This document shows positions 1 through 8,605 of a stretch of DNA of 25,903 nt, in pieces. The position numbers were made by a program, and so were the translations under genes. A model generated the notes under the pieces. That model saw only the letters and a program-made list of their open reading frames with translations, had not been told where the DNA came from and searched no databases. Within the stretch, counting starts at the first letter, position 1. Each line of letters opens with the position of its first letter. The stretch is taken from NCBI GenBank assembly GCA_040904565.1, contig JBBDTI010000016.1, positions 23,202 through 49,104 on the forward strand. Reading direction: 5' to 3'. The DNA is from Rhodothermales bacterium (GTDB lineage: Bacteria; Bacteroidota; Rhodothermia; Rhodothermales; VXPQ01).

Positions 1-100
1 GAGCCCGAACAAACGCCCTCCCCGGCCGAGTCCGCCCGCTTTCTCACTACGTTTTTGCTCAACGGTCTTCATTCCGATACGGCAGACTGACCCGACACGT

Positions 101-1762
101 ATGCTACGACGATACATCTATATAGCCCTGACGGCCGTACTGATCGCCGGTACGGCCGGCGCGCAGACGAGCGACCCACTGACCAGGCAGGCACCCAGGC
201 AGGGGCCCGGGCAGGCTACCACGCAGGCGACCACGCAGTCCAGCGGCCAGTCGACCGGCCGGCAGATCACGCTGACGCTCGACGAGGCGCTTCAGATCGC
301 CCTCGTGAACAACCACGTGCTGCGCCAGACGCGGCTCCAGGTGGACAACGCCAACGCGCAGGTGCGGGAAGCCTGGGGACAGGTCATGCCCCAGGTCAAC
401 GTACAGTCTGGTTACACGCGCAATCTCAAGAGCGCCAACCCGTTCGCCGGCTCGGAGGCTGGCGGACTCTTCGGCTCATTTGGGCTCATCGACTGGCTCG
501 CTTTCAATGAGGAGGCGCGCATCGATGACGATCCGACCACGACGCCCATTACGGTCGACGAGTTTTTCGACCGGCAGCGCGAAGGGCTTCAAGAGGTTGG
601 CGGATCCTTCGGAGGCGGCGACAATCCGTTCTCCGTTCCCAACGAGTTCCAGAACGGTCTCTCCATCACCCAGACCCTCTTTTCCGGCTCCGCCTTCGCG
701 GCCATCAAGGGCGCGCAGCAGCTGAAGGACGTCAACCGCCGGGCAGCCGACCGGCAGGAGCAGGTCATCATTCACCAGGTGCGCCAGGCCTATTACCAGG
801 CCCTCCTCGCACAGCAGCAGCAGGCCGTGCTCCGTCAGAGCGTGGAGCGCACGCGGCAGACGCTCGACGAAACCATTCAGCGCGTCACGCAGGGTACGGC
901 ACCGAAATTCCAGCGGCTCACGGCGGAGGTCGAACTGACCAACCTGCAGACGGACTACGTGTCGGTTCAGAACCAGGCCGATCAGGCCCTGGACAACCTG
1001 AAGATGCAGCTCGGCATGCCGATCGACCAGCCCGTGCGCCTCCGCGGCCGGCTCGAAACGGAAGACCACGGCGCGTTCATGAACGTGTCCACCGCCGACG
1101 CCGTCGACCTGGCTTTCGAGCACCGCCCCGACCTCGAGCAGGCACGCCTGGCCATCGACCTGCGGCGCATCGACGTTACGATGACGCGATCCCAGTATCT
1201 ACCGGAGATCAGCGCCGTCGCCAATTTCAGTTACCTCGGCCGCGTACCGGACAATCGAACCAGCTACACGTCCGTCCAGGGAGATCCGTTCTCGTTCCGC
1301 GAACAGTCGACGCCGTTTTTCTCGAACAGGTACTGGAATCCGGCCATCAGTGCCGGCATCCAGCTCACGTGGAATATTTTCAACGGCTTCCAGACGTCGT
1401 CGCTCGTACAGCAGCGAATTATCGCGCTGGACCAGGCCGAGATCGAGTTCGACCGCACGTTCCAGAACGTGCGCCTCGAGGTGCAGAACGCCTACCGGGA
1501 TCTCGAGTCGGCACGCCGCCGCATCCTGGCGCAGGAGCAGAACGTCCAGAACGCGGAGATCAACTATGAGTACGCCCGAGCGCGTCTGGCGGAAGGCGTC
1601 GCCTCGCCGCTCGAGGAACGGAACGCGTCGGAGCAGCTGGATCAGAGCCGCCTCAACTACCTGCAGGCCGTGCACGACTTCCTCGTCGCGCGCAGCTCCT
1701 TCGAAACGGCCGTCGGACTGCCCCTGCGCAGTGCCGAGGCCCTTAATCTCACGAGCCGATGA
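101..1762 (+). CDS. TolC-family outer membrane efflux channel
   Basis: Signal peptide (AGA|Q); LTLDEALQIAL..N, PQVNVQSGY, RPDL, LPEISA and WNIFNG motifs of two OEP repeats; first gene of a TolC-MFP-RND cluster. Confidence 0.93.
   Translation: MLRRYIYIALTAVLIAGTAGAQTSDPLTRQAPRQGPGQATTQATTQSSGQSTGRQITLTLDEALQIALVNNHVLRQTRLQVDNANAQVREAWGQVMPQVNVQSGYTRNLKSANPFAGSEAGGLFGSFGLIDWLAFNEEARIDDDPTTTPITVDEFFDRQREGLQEVGGSFGGGDNPFSVPNEFQNGLSITQTLFSGSAFAAIKGAQQLKDVNRRAADRQEQVIIHQVRQAYYQALLAQQQQAVLRQSVERTRQTLDETIQRVTQGTAPKFQRLTAEVELTNLQTDYVSVQNQADQALDNLKMQLGMPIDQPVRLRGRLETEDHGAFMNVSTADAVDLAFEHRPDLEQARLAIDLRRIDVTMTRSQYLPEISAVANFSYLGRVPDNRTSYTSVQGDPFSFREQSTPFFSNRYWNPAISAGIQLTWNIFNGFQTSSLVQQRIIALDQAEIEFDRTFQNVRLEVQNAYRDLESARRRILAQEQNVQNAEINYEYARARLAEGVASPLEERNASEQLDQSRLNYLQAVHDFLVARSSFETAVGLPLRSAEALNLTSR
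182..265 (+). repeat. Degenerate 12-bp in-frame tandem repeat (7 units) in the TolC N-terminus
   Basis: accaggcaggca/cccaggcagggg/cccgggcaggct/accacgcaggcg/accacgcagtcc/agcggccagtcg/accggccggcag encoding TRQA PRQG PGQA TTQA TTQS SGQS TGRQ. Confidence 0.75.
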
Positions 1763-1789
1763 GCGCTTCAGCGCCGCAACCCGGCGAAC

Positions 1790-1841
1790 CCGGCAGCACC
1801 GCGAACCTAACGAGCCGGTAGCTGCACGAATACCTGACGAG
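1790..1841. repeat. Degenerate 25-27 bp intergenic duplication
   Basis: ccggcagcaccgcgaacctaacgag / ccggtagctgcacgaatacctgacgag. Confidence 0.5.
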
Positions 1842-1882
1842 CGGCCCCGCTTACACGCCATTAAATCGACCCGAAATAGACC

Positions 1883-3085
1883 ATGACTCACCCCCCATAT
1901 ACCCACAGCACGGACTCGCATCGCGCTCCCGCCTTCCCGGCGGCACTGCCGGCTGCCGTGCTGGCCATCAGCGTCCTCCTCGCCGGATGCGGCGGTGACG
2001 CCGGCGACATGCAGGGCGTCGCGGCGGACCAGGAGGGGCGCGTGGTGCGCGTGGAAACGCTCGTGCTCTCCCCGTCCACCTTCGAGGACGTCGTCCAGAT
2101 CACCGGTACCGTCGAGGCGCTCGACGATGCCACGCTCTCGGCCCGGACGGCCGGCACCGTCATGTCGCTCGCCCCGCTGGGCGCGTCGCTGTCCCGCGGC
2201 GGCGAGGTCGCCCGGCTGGATGCAGCCCTCGCGCAGGCCGCCGTCGAACAGGCGGAGGCGCAGGTCGAATCGGCGCAGGCTCAGTTCGATCTGGCGGAGG
2301 ACAACATGCGGCGCAACGAACCGCTCTACCGCGATTCGGTGATCAGCGCGGTCGAATGGGAGAACGTACGCTCCCAGTTCAATCAGGCCGGAGCGGCGCT
2401 CTCTCAGTCGCAGGCCGCCCTGTCCCAGGCGCGCGAGCAGTTTCGCCAGACCAGCGTCACGACGCCGTTTAGCGGCACGGTGGAGGAACACTTCGTCGAG
2501 ATCGGAGAGCAGGTCGCGCTGTCCACCCCCGTCGCGCGCGTCATCAATACGGACCGCGTAAAGGTCGTCGCCGGCGTACCCGAGCGCTACGCGGCCGACA
2601 TCACTGTCGGCACGCCCGTGACGGTGAACTTCCGGGCGTATGCCGGAGAGGGCGTACGGAGCGAGGTGAGCTTCGTTGGACGCGCCATCAACCCGCAGAA
2701 TCGGACGTTTCCCGTCGAGATTCTGATCGGCAACCCCACCGGTACGATCAAGCCCGAGATGGTCGCCCGCGTCTCCGTCACGCGTGAACGGATCGAAGGA
2801 GCCCTCGTCGTCCCGCGTGCCGCCATCGTTCGCGATGAAGATGGAAACAGCGTGTTCGTCGTCGACCGTGACGGCGATCGGAGCGTCGCCATGAAAGCAC
2901 CCGCCGCACTCGGCGCCGGACACGGCGGCAACGTCGTCGTGACCAACCTGGAAGAAGGAGACGAGGTGATCGTCCTCGGGCAGTCCAACCTGACCGAAGG
3001 CGACCGCGTGCAGGTCATGAATCGGTACTCGTCGCCTGACGCCGCGGGGATTCCCACGTCGGATTCGCTTTCGGCCGGCGGGTGA
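1883..3085 (+). CDS. RND efflux periplasmic adaptor (membrane fusion protein), lipoprotein
   Basis: Lipobox LLAGC; lipoyl halves (SARTAGTV, TPFSGTV); coiled-coil hairpin; NPQNRTFPV and KPEM motifs. Confidence 0.93.
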   Translation: MTHPPYTHSTDSHRAPAFPAALPAAVLAISVLLAGCGGDAGDMQGVAADQEGRVVRVETLVLSPSTFEDVVQITGTVEALDDATLSARTAGTVMSLAPLGASLSRGGEVARLDAALAQAAVEQAEAQVESAQAQFDLAEDNMRRNEPLYRDSVISAVEWENVRSQFNQAGAALSQSQAALSQAREQFRQTSVTTPFSGTVEEHFVEIGEQVALSTPVARVINTDRVKVVAGVPERYAADITVGTPVTVNFRAYAGEGVRSEVSFVGRAINPQNRTFPVEILIGNPTGTIKPEMVARVSVTRERIEGALVVPRAAIVRDEDGNSVFVVDRDGDRSVAMKAPAALGAGHGGNVVVTNLEEGDEVIVLGQSNLTEGDRVQVMNRYSSPDAAGIPTSDSLSAGG

Positions 3086-3165
3086 CCGCCGGGAGCCGAC
3101 CGACGCAGGCCGGCCGACCGCGGCGCCGGAGCGTTACCGCCTCAACCTGAAATCAGCATTCCATC

Positions 3166-6100
3166 ATGCGCATTACGAACCTCGCCATAAAATACCGGAC
3201 CAGCATCGTCGTGTTGACGGTCCTGCTGGTCGTAGGCGGTCTCTATAGTTATACGGCGATTCCGAAGGAGGCGCAGCCCTCCATCGAGATCCCCAACATC
3301 GTCATCACGACGCTGTATCCCGGCGCGAGCCCGGACGACATCGAGACGCTGATCACGAAGGAGATCGAGCAGGAAGTCCAGAGCGTCAACGGCATCACCC
3401 AGATCTCGTCGACGTCCACCGAGGGCGTCTCGACGATCATCGTCGAGTTCGAGCCCAACGTATCGATGGACGAGGCCTATCAGAAGGTGCGGGACCGCGT
3501 CGATATCGCCAAGACGGATCTCCCCGACGACGTCGAGGAGCCCATGGTCAATGAGATCGACCTCCAGGAGATGCCCATCATGAACATCAACCTGGCGGCG
3601 GACTACTCGCTGGTCCGGCTGAAGGACGTGGCGGAGGATCTGGAAACGGAGCTGGAAAAGATTCCCTCCGTCCTGGAGGTGGACGTCACGGGCGGCCTCG
3701 AGCGGGAGGTGCAGGTGAATGTGGATCTCTCCGCCCTCCAGGGCTACAACCTGACGTTCATGGATATCGTCGAGACGATCCAGCAGGAGAACACCAATAT
3801 TCCGGGTGGATCGGTCGACGTGGATCGGCTGAACTACCTCGTGCGCGTCAGCGGACAGTTTACCGAAGCCGAGGAAATCGAGAACCTCGTTGTCAGCGCC
3901 CCCGACGGCCGCCCGATCTACGTTCGCGACGTAGCGGACGTCGACCTCGGGTTTAAGGACCGAACGTCGTATGCCCGCCTGCAGCTGTTCCGCACGGAGA
4001 CGGACGACGGCGACCTCGTGCGCGTCGACGATCCGCGAACGCTTCAGGTCATCACGCTTGGCGTCAAGCAGCGGCCAGGAGAAAACATCACCGAAGTCGC
4101 CGACGCCGTCGACGACGTCCTGGCCGCCTTTCCGCTGCCCTCCGGGACGCGCGTCGAGATCACCGGGGATATGAGCGAAAACGTCCAGACGCTCCTTACG
4201 GATCTCGAGAACAACATCATCAGCGGCCTCATCTTCGTGGTCGCCGTGCTGCTCTTCTTCCTGGGCGTCCGCACGGCGACGCTCGTAGGCATCGCCATCC
4301 CGCTCTCCATGTTTCTGTCGTTCATCGTCTTTCAGTCGATGGGCTACACGCTGAACTTCATCATCCTGTTCAGCCTGATCATCGCGCTCGGCATGCTGGT
4401 CGACAATGCCGTCGTGATCGTGGAGAACATCTACCGGTATCGAGAGATGGGGCACTCCCGGTTCGACGCGGCGCGGCTCGGCACGGCGGAGGTCGGCGGT
4501 GCCGTCGTCGCATCGACGGCGACGACCGTGGCGGCCTTCACCCCCATGATGTTCTGGCCGGGCATCATCGGCGAGTTCATGAGTTACATGCCCCTCACGC
4601 TCATCATCACGCTGTCGAGCTCCCTCTTCGTGGCCTTGATCGTCAACCCGGTCATTACCGGGATTTTCGTGCGCCTGGAAGGTGCCGAAAGGCGGCCCAT
4701 GGAGCGCCGCCTGAAGCTGATCTCGGCCATCACGATGGTCGTCCTGGCCGCCGTGATCGGCATGGCGAACTGGCGGACGCTCGTCGTCCTGCTCCTCGCC
4801 ATCCCGATCCTGATCCTGCTGCACAAGAAGCTTCTCAAGCCGGTCGGCGACGCCTTCATCCAGCGGCGCCTGCCCGTCCTCGTGCAGCGCTATCGCCGTT
4901 TTCTCGGATGGATGCTCGAGCGGGACTATACGGTGAAAAGGGCCTTTCTCCGCAACACCTTCACGCTGATCAGCTTTACGGCCGGATTCATCCTGCTCGT
5001 CGCCGGCATGCTGCTCAGCGGCGTCGGGGCCCCCGTGGCCGGCGGCCTGAGCGGCTCGGCCCTCCTTCTCGTGGTACCCGGCGGCATTATGCTCGCGCTC
5101 GGGGTCGTCGGCATCGTGCTGCACACGCTCGAGAGCATTTTTTTGGGTGGATGGAAAAGCGTGCGTGCCGGAGTCATCTTCGGTGCCGTGATGCTCATCC
5201 TCCTGACCGCCATCTTCGTCGGTCCGCGCGAGATGGAGCTCCTCACCATCGTCAACCTGATGATCCTCCCGGCGATCATCGTTGCGGGCGGACTCCTGGG
5301 CGTCCTGCTCAACCGCAAGAAGCGGCCGCATCTGATTCTGACGGATAATCGGGCCAAGCTGCTGACGGCCTCCCTCGGTGCCTTCGTGGCCATCATCCTC
5401 ATGTTCCAGGTCGCACCGACCGGGACGGCCTTCTTTCCAGAGACGGACCCCCAGCAGATCTGGGTGACGCTCGAAGGCGCGCTCGGGACGAACCTGGATA
5501 CGTCGGACGAGATCGCGCGCACGGCGCACGAGCGGATTCTCGATCTCCTGAACGACAACCCGGGATCGGAGGCCAACGTGAAGAACGTCTCCATCGGCGT
5601 CGGCGTGGGCGGCGACGCCGCCTTCGGAGGCAGCGCCCAGAGCCCGGAGCGCTCGCGCGTCTCGCTCAATATGGTCGACTACGCGGACCGCCAGGAGGCC
5701 AGCTCCGCGACCATGACGAAAATTCGCGAGCAGCTGCAAGGCATCCCCGGCACGGAAATCACGGTGGAACAGAACCAGATGGGTCCGCCTACCGGTGCCC
5801 CCGTCAACATCGAGATCGCGGGGGAGGACTTTCAGACGATTCGGCGCATGACGCAAGACATCCGCCAGCGACTCACCGAAGGCGCGGAATCGGGCGTCAT
5901 TGCCGGACTCGTTGACGTCACGGACAACCTTAACGAGGGCCGGCCGGAGTATCAGGTCAACATCGACCGGGAACGGGCGGCGCAGTTTGGGTTGAATACG
6001 TCCCAGATCGCAACGGTCATCCGCGCCGGCATCAACGGCATCGAGGCAGGGAAATTCCGTACGGGAGAGGACGAATACGACATCACCGTTCGCCTCCGGG

Positions 6101-7053
6101 AACGGGACCGGCAGAGCCTCGAAAGCGTCAAGGACCTGACGATTCTCTACGAGGGCCAGCAGATCCCCATTACCGCGGTGGCGGATTTCGAGGTCGGCTC
6201 CGGACTCGGTTCCATCACGCGCCTGGACCTCCAGCGCGTGGCTACCGTTACCGGGCAGGCCGCGCCCGGATTCCAGGGCCCGCAGGTGCTCCAGCAGGTG
6301 CAGACATATCTGGCCGACTATGAGGTGCCGGACGGTTACACGCTCAGCTACACGGGCGGCAGCGAAGAACAGCAGGACGCCTTCGGGTTCCTCACCACGG
6401 CCCTGCTGATCGCCGTGGCCCTCATCTTCATGATCATGGTGGCGCAGTTCAACAGGGTGAGCGCGCCGTTCATCATCATGGTAGCCGTAGGCTTCTCGCT
6501 GATCGGCGTGCTGCTCGGCCTGATCATCACGCGGACGCCCTTCGGACTGTTCACGTTCATCGGCGTCATCTCGCTCGCCGGGATCGTCGTGAACAACAAC
6601 ATCGTGCTGATCGACTACATCATGCAGCTCCGAGACCGCGGGCTCGACAAGAAAGAGGCGATCATCGAAGGCGGCGCGACGCGCCTGCGGCCGGTCGTCC
6701 TGACCGCCCTGACGACCGTGCTGGGGCTTATTCCCCTCACGTTCGGCATCAACGTCGACTTCGTCGGACTGCTCACCGACTTCGACCCGAACTTCCAGTT
6801 CGGATCGGAAAACACGCAGTTCTGGGGGCCCATGGGCACGGCCATCATCGCCGGCCTCACGTTCGGGACGTTCCTCACACTCGTGATCGTGCCCGTGATG
6901 TACTCCACGTTCGACTCCATCTCGCTGCGCCTCGGCAGCCTCTTCCCGAGCCACGAGATCGACGGCGCCGACGTGGTCCCGGAGTCGGCCTACGCCAGGG
7001 CCATCGGCGGCAACGGCACCGTACTCGGCGAGCCCAGGCAGGAGCAGAGGTAA
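3166..7053 (+). CDS. RND efflux permease (AcrB/AcrD/AcrF family) with an extra membrane insertion
   Basis: YPGASP, GMLVDNAVV, GIVVNNNIVLID and RLRPVVLT motifs; two large periplasmic loops; 1295 aa. Confidence 0.95.
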   Translation: MRITNLAIKYRTSIVVLTVLLVVGGLYSYTAIPKEAQPSIEIPNIVITTLYPGASPDDIETLITKEIEQEVQSVNGITQISSTSTEGVSTIIVEFEPNVSMDEAYQKVRDRVDIAKTDLPDDVEEPMVNEIDLQEMPIMNINLAADYSLVRLKDVAEDLETELEKIPSVLEVDVTGGLEREVQVNVDLSALQGYNLTFMDIVETIQQENTNIPGGSVDVDRLNYLVRVSGQFTEAEEIENLVVSAPDGRPIYVRDVADVDLGFKDRTSYARLQLFRTETDDGDLVRVDDPRTLQVITLGVKQRPGENITEVADAVDDVLAAFPLPSGTRVEITGDMSENVQTLLTDLENNIISGLIFVVAVLLFFLGVRTATLVGIAIPLSMFLSFIVFQSMGYTLNFIILFSLIIALGMLVDNAVVIVENIYRYREMGHSRFDAARLGTAEVGGAVVASTATTVAAFTPMMFWPGIIGEFMSYMPLTLIITLSSSLFVALIVNPVITGIFVRLEGAERRPMERRLKLISAITMVVLAAVIGMANWRTLVVLLLAIPILILLHKKLLKPVGDAFIQRRLPVLVQRYRRFLGWMLERDYTVKRAFLRNTFTLISFTAGFILLVAGMLLSGVGAPVAGGLSGSALLLVVPGGIMLALGVVGIVLHTLESIFLGGWKSVRAGVIFGAVMLILLTAIFVGPREMELLTIVNLMILPAIIVAGGLLGVLLNRKKRPHLILTDNRAKLLTASLGAFVAIILMFQVAPTGTAFFPETDPQQIWVTLEGALGTNLDTSDEIARTAHERILDLLNDNPGSEANVKNVSIGVGVGGDAAFGGSAQSPERSRVSLNMVDYADRQEASSATMTKIREQLQGIPGTEITVEQNQMGPPTGAPVNIEIAGEDFQTIRRMTQDIRQRLTEGAESGVIAGLVDVTDNLNEGRPEYQVNIDRERAAQFGLNTSQIATVIRAGINGIEAGKFRTGEDEYDITVRLRERDRQSLESVKDLTILYEGQQIPITAVADFEVGSGLGSITRLDLQRVATVTGQAAPGFQGPQVLQQVQTYLADYEVPDGYTLSYTGGSEEQQDAFGFLTTALLIAVALIFMIMVAQFNRVSAPFIIMVAVGFSLIGVLLGLIITRTPFGLFTFIGVISLAGIVVNNNIVLIDYIMQLRDRGLDKKEAIIEGGATRLRPVVLTALTTVLGLIPLTFGINVDFVGLLTDFDPNFQFGSENTQFWGPMGTAIIAGLTFGTFLTLVIVPVMYSTFDSISLRLGSLFPSHEIDGADVVPESAYARAIGGNGTVLGEPRQEQR

Positions 7054-7060
7054 AGGAGCG

Positions 7061-7088
7061 GGCCGCGCCGCTGCGGCCGCGCCATTGC
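7061..7088. repeat. 14-bp tandem duplication just after the RND stop codon
   Basis: ggccgcgccgctgc / ggccgcgccattgc. Confidence 0.55.
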
Positions 7089-7205
7089 GCTCGTTGCTGC
7101 CGGCGCCGCTCCCCCACATCCATCGTATTTCTACTCCCGGAGAAACCGCCGGGGGAAGGATCGCATTCACGTACGTGCGATGGATCTTGAATTGCCGCCT
7201 TCCAC

Positions 7206-8438
7206 ATGGGCTTACTGATTGCGTTCGTTCTGCTGGCGCTCGGCGTCTCGTTTCTGTGTTCGATCATGGAAGCGGTCCTGCTCAGCGTCACGCCTTCATT
7301 TCTCGAAATGAAGGTGAAGGACGGCAGCACGACGGCCAAACGCCTTCAGGATCTGAAGAAGGACATCGACCGGCCGCTCGCCGCCATCCTCAGCTTGAAC
7401 ACGGTTGCCCACACCGTCGGTGCCGCCGGTGCGGGCGCGCAGGCCGTGATCGTCTTCGGTGACGCCGTGCTGGGGATCTTCAGCGCGATCCTTACGCTCC
7501 TCATCCTCGTCCTTTCCGAGATCATCCCGAAGACGCTCGGGGCACTCTACTGGCGCAAGCTCGCGCCCGCCGTCACGCGGACCCTCATCCCCACGATCTG
7601 GATCACCTGGCCTCTCGTGAAACTGTCCCAGGGCATTACGCGGCTGCTCGCCCGCGGCAGAAAGGTCGTGCCCATCAGCCGGGAAGAGCTTACGGCGATG
7701 GCCGAACTCGGCGAGGAACAGGGCGTCTTCGAAGCCGGCGAATCACGCATCATCCGTAACCTCTTTCGCTTTAGCTCGCTTCGCGTGAAGGACATCATGA
7801 CGCCGCGCATCGTCATGTTCGCTCTCCCGGAGTCGCAGACGGTCCGCGAGGTCGTAGACGAGTATGAGGAATTTCGCTTCTCGCGGATTCCGATCTATAC
7901 GGAGACGCGAGACGACGTGACCGGCTACGTACTGACCGACGAAATCCTCCTCAAGGCCGCGCAGGAAAACGGCGATATTCCCCTCAGCGAGCTGAAGCGC
8001 GACATGCTCGTCGTGCCGGACTCGCTGCACCTGCACGAGCTGTTCGAGCGCATGCTCGACGGACTGGAGCACATCGCTCTCGTCGTCGACGAATACGGCG
8101 GCGTGGAAGGCGTCGTCTCCATGGAGGACATCGTGGAGACCCTCCTCGGCCTCGAGATCGTCGACGAAGCCGACTCGGCCGAAGACATGCAGGTGCTCGC
8201 GCGCCGGCAGTGGCTGGCACGCGCCCGGCGGCTCGGCATCGTCCCGAAAGATCTGGAGAAGGCCGATGAAAAAGAGCTCGAGTCGGTCCTCAAGTTCGGT
8301 CTCACGGGCGGACAGCAGCCGCGGGGGGCGAGCGATGATTCCAGCGGCCGCGGCGAGGATGACGGACGTTCGTCCTCCGAGTCTCACGTAGACGAACGGC
8401 TGACCGATTCTCAACGCGAAGGTACCGCGAAACGATGA
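7206..8438 (+). CDS. CNNM (DUF21) + CBS-pair membrane protein (CorB/hemolysin-like), no CorC C-terminal domain
   Basis: SFLCSIMEAVLLS, ILSLNTVAHTVGA, SEIIPKT, DIMTPR, FSRIP and VVDEYGG..G...EDIVE motifs; low-complexity C-terminal tail. Confidence 0.92.
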   Translation: MGLLIAFVLLALGVSFLCSIMEAVLLSVTPSFLEMKVKDGSTTAKRLQDLKKDIDRPLAAILSLNTVAHTVGAAGAGAQAVIVFGDAVLGIFSAILTLLILVLSEIIPKTLGALYWRKLAPAVTRTLIPTIWITWPLVKLSQGITRLLARGRKVVPISREELTAMAELGEEQGVFEAGESRIIRNLFRFSSLRVKDIMTPRIVMFALPESQTVREVVDEYEEFRFSRIPIYTETRDDVTGYVLTDEILLKAAQENGDIPLSELKRDMLVVPDSLHLHELFERMLDGLEHIALVVDEYGGVEGVVSMEDIVETLLGLEIVDEADSAEDMQVLARRQWLARARRLGIVPKDLEKADEKELESVLKFGLTGGQQPRGASDDSSGRGEDDGRSSSESHVDERLTDSQREGTAKR

Positions 8439-8496
8439 ACCCCTCAACCAGTCGGGACGACGCGTCGCGACCGTGAGCATCCCTTCCATGAAGTCA

Positions 8497-8504
8497 TATC
8501 TTTG
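8497..8504 (+). promoter_or_regulatory. Candidate Bacteroidota-type -7 promoter element (TAnnTTTG) for mpl
   Basis: TATCTTTG(C) about 100 bp upstream of the mpl ATG; no clear -33 TTTG seen. Confidence 0.5.
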
Positions 8505-8510
8505 CGCGAC

Positions 8511-8602
8511 GCCATATTTTTCCTCAAAGCCAACCTCTTCCGCAAAAGCCAACCCCTTCCGCAAAGCCAACCCCTTCCGCAAAAGCCAACCCCGTTCCCG
8601 AC
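8511..8602. repeat. 18-19 bp tandem repeat, 5 units, ending at the mpl start
   Basis: gccatatttttcctcaaa/gccaacctcttccgcaaaa/gccaaccccttccgcaaa/gccaaccccttccgcaaaa/gccaaccccgttcccgac, then gccATG. Confidence 0.9.
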
Positions 8603-8605
8603 GCC

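Noticed and set aside
3142-7170. 1342-aa minus-strand ORF (also 1199-2923, 8726-10471 and 18582-20387)
   Set aside because: Antisense shadows of well-supported plus-strand genes, expected with high-GC codon bias; no recognisable motifs.
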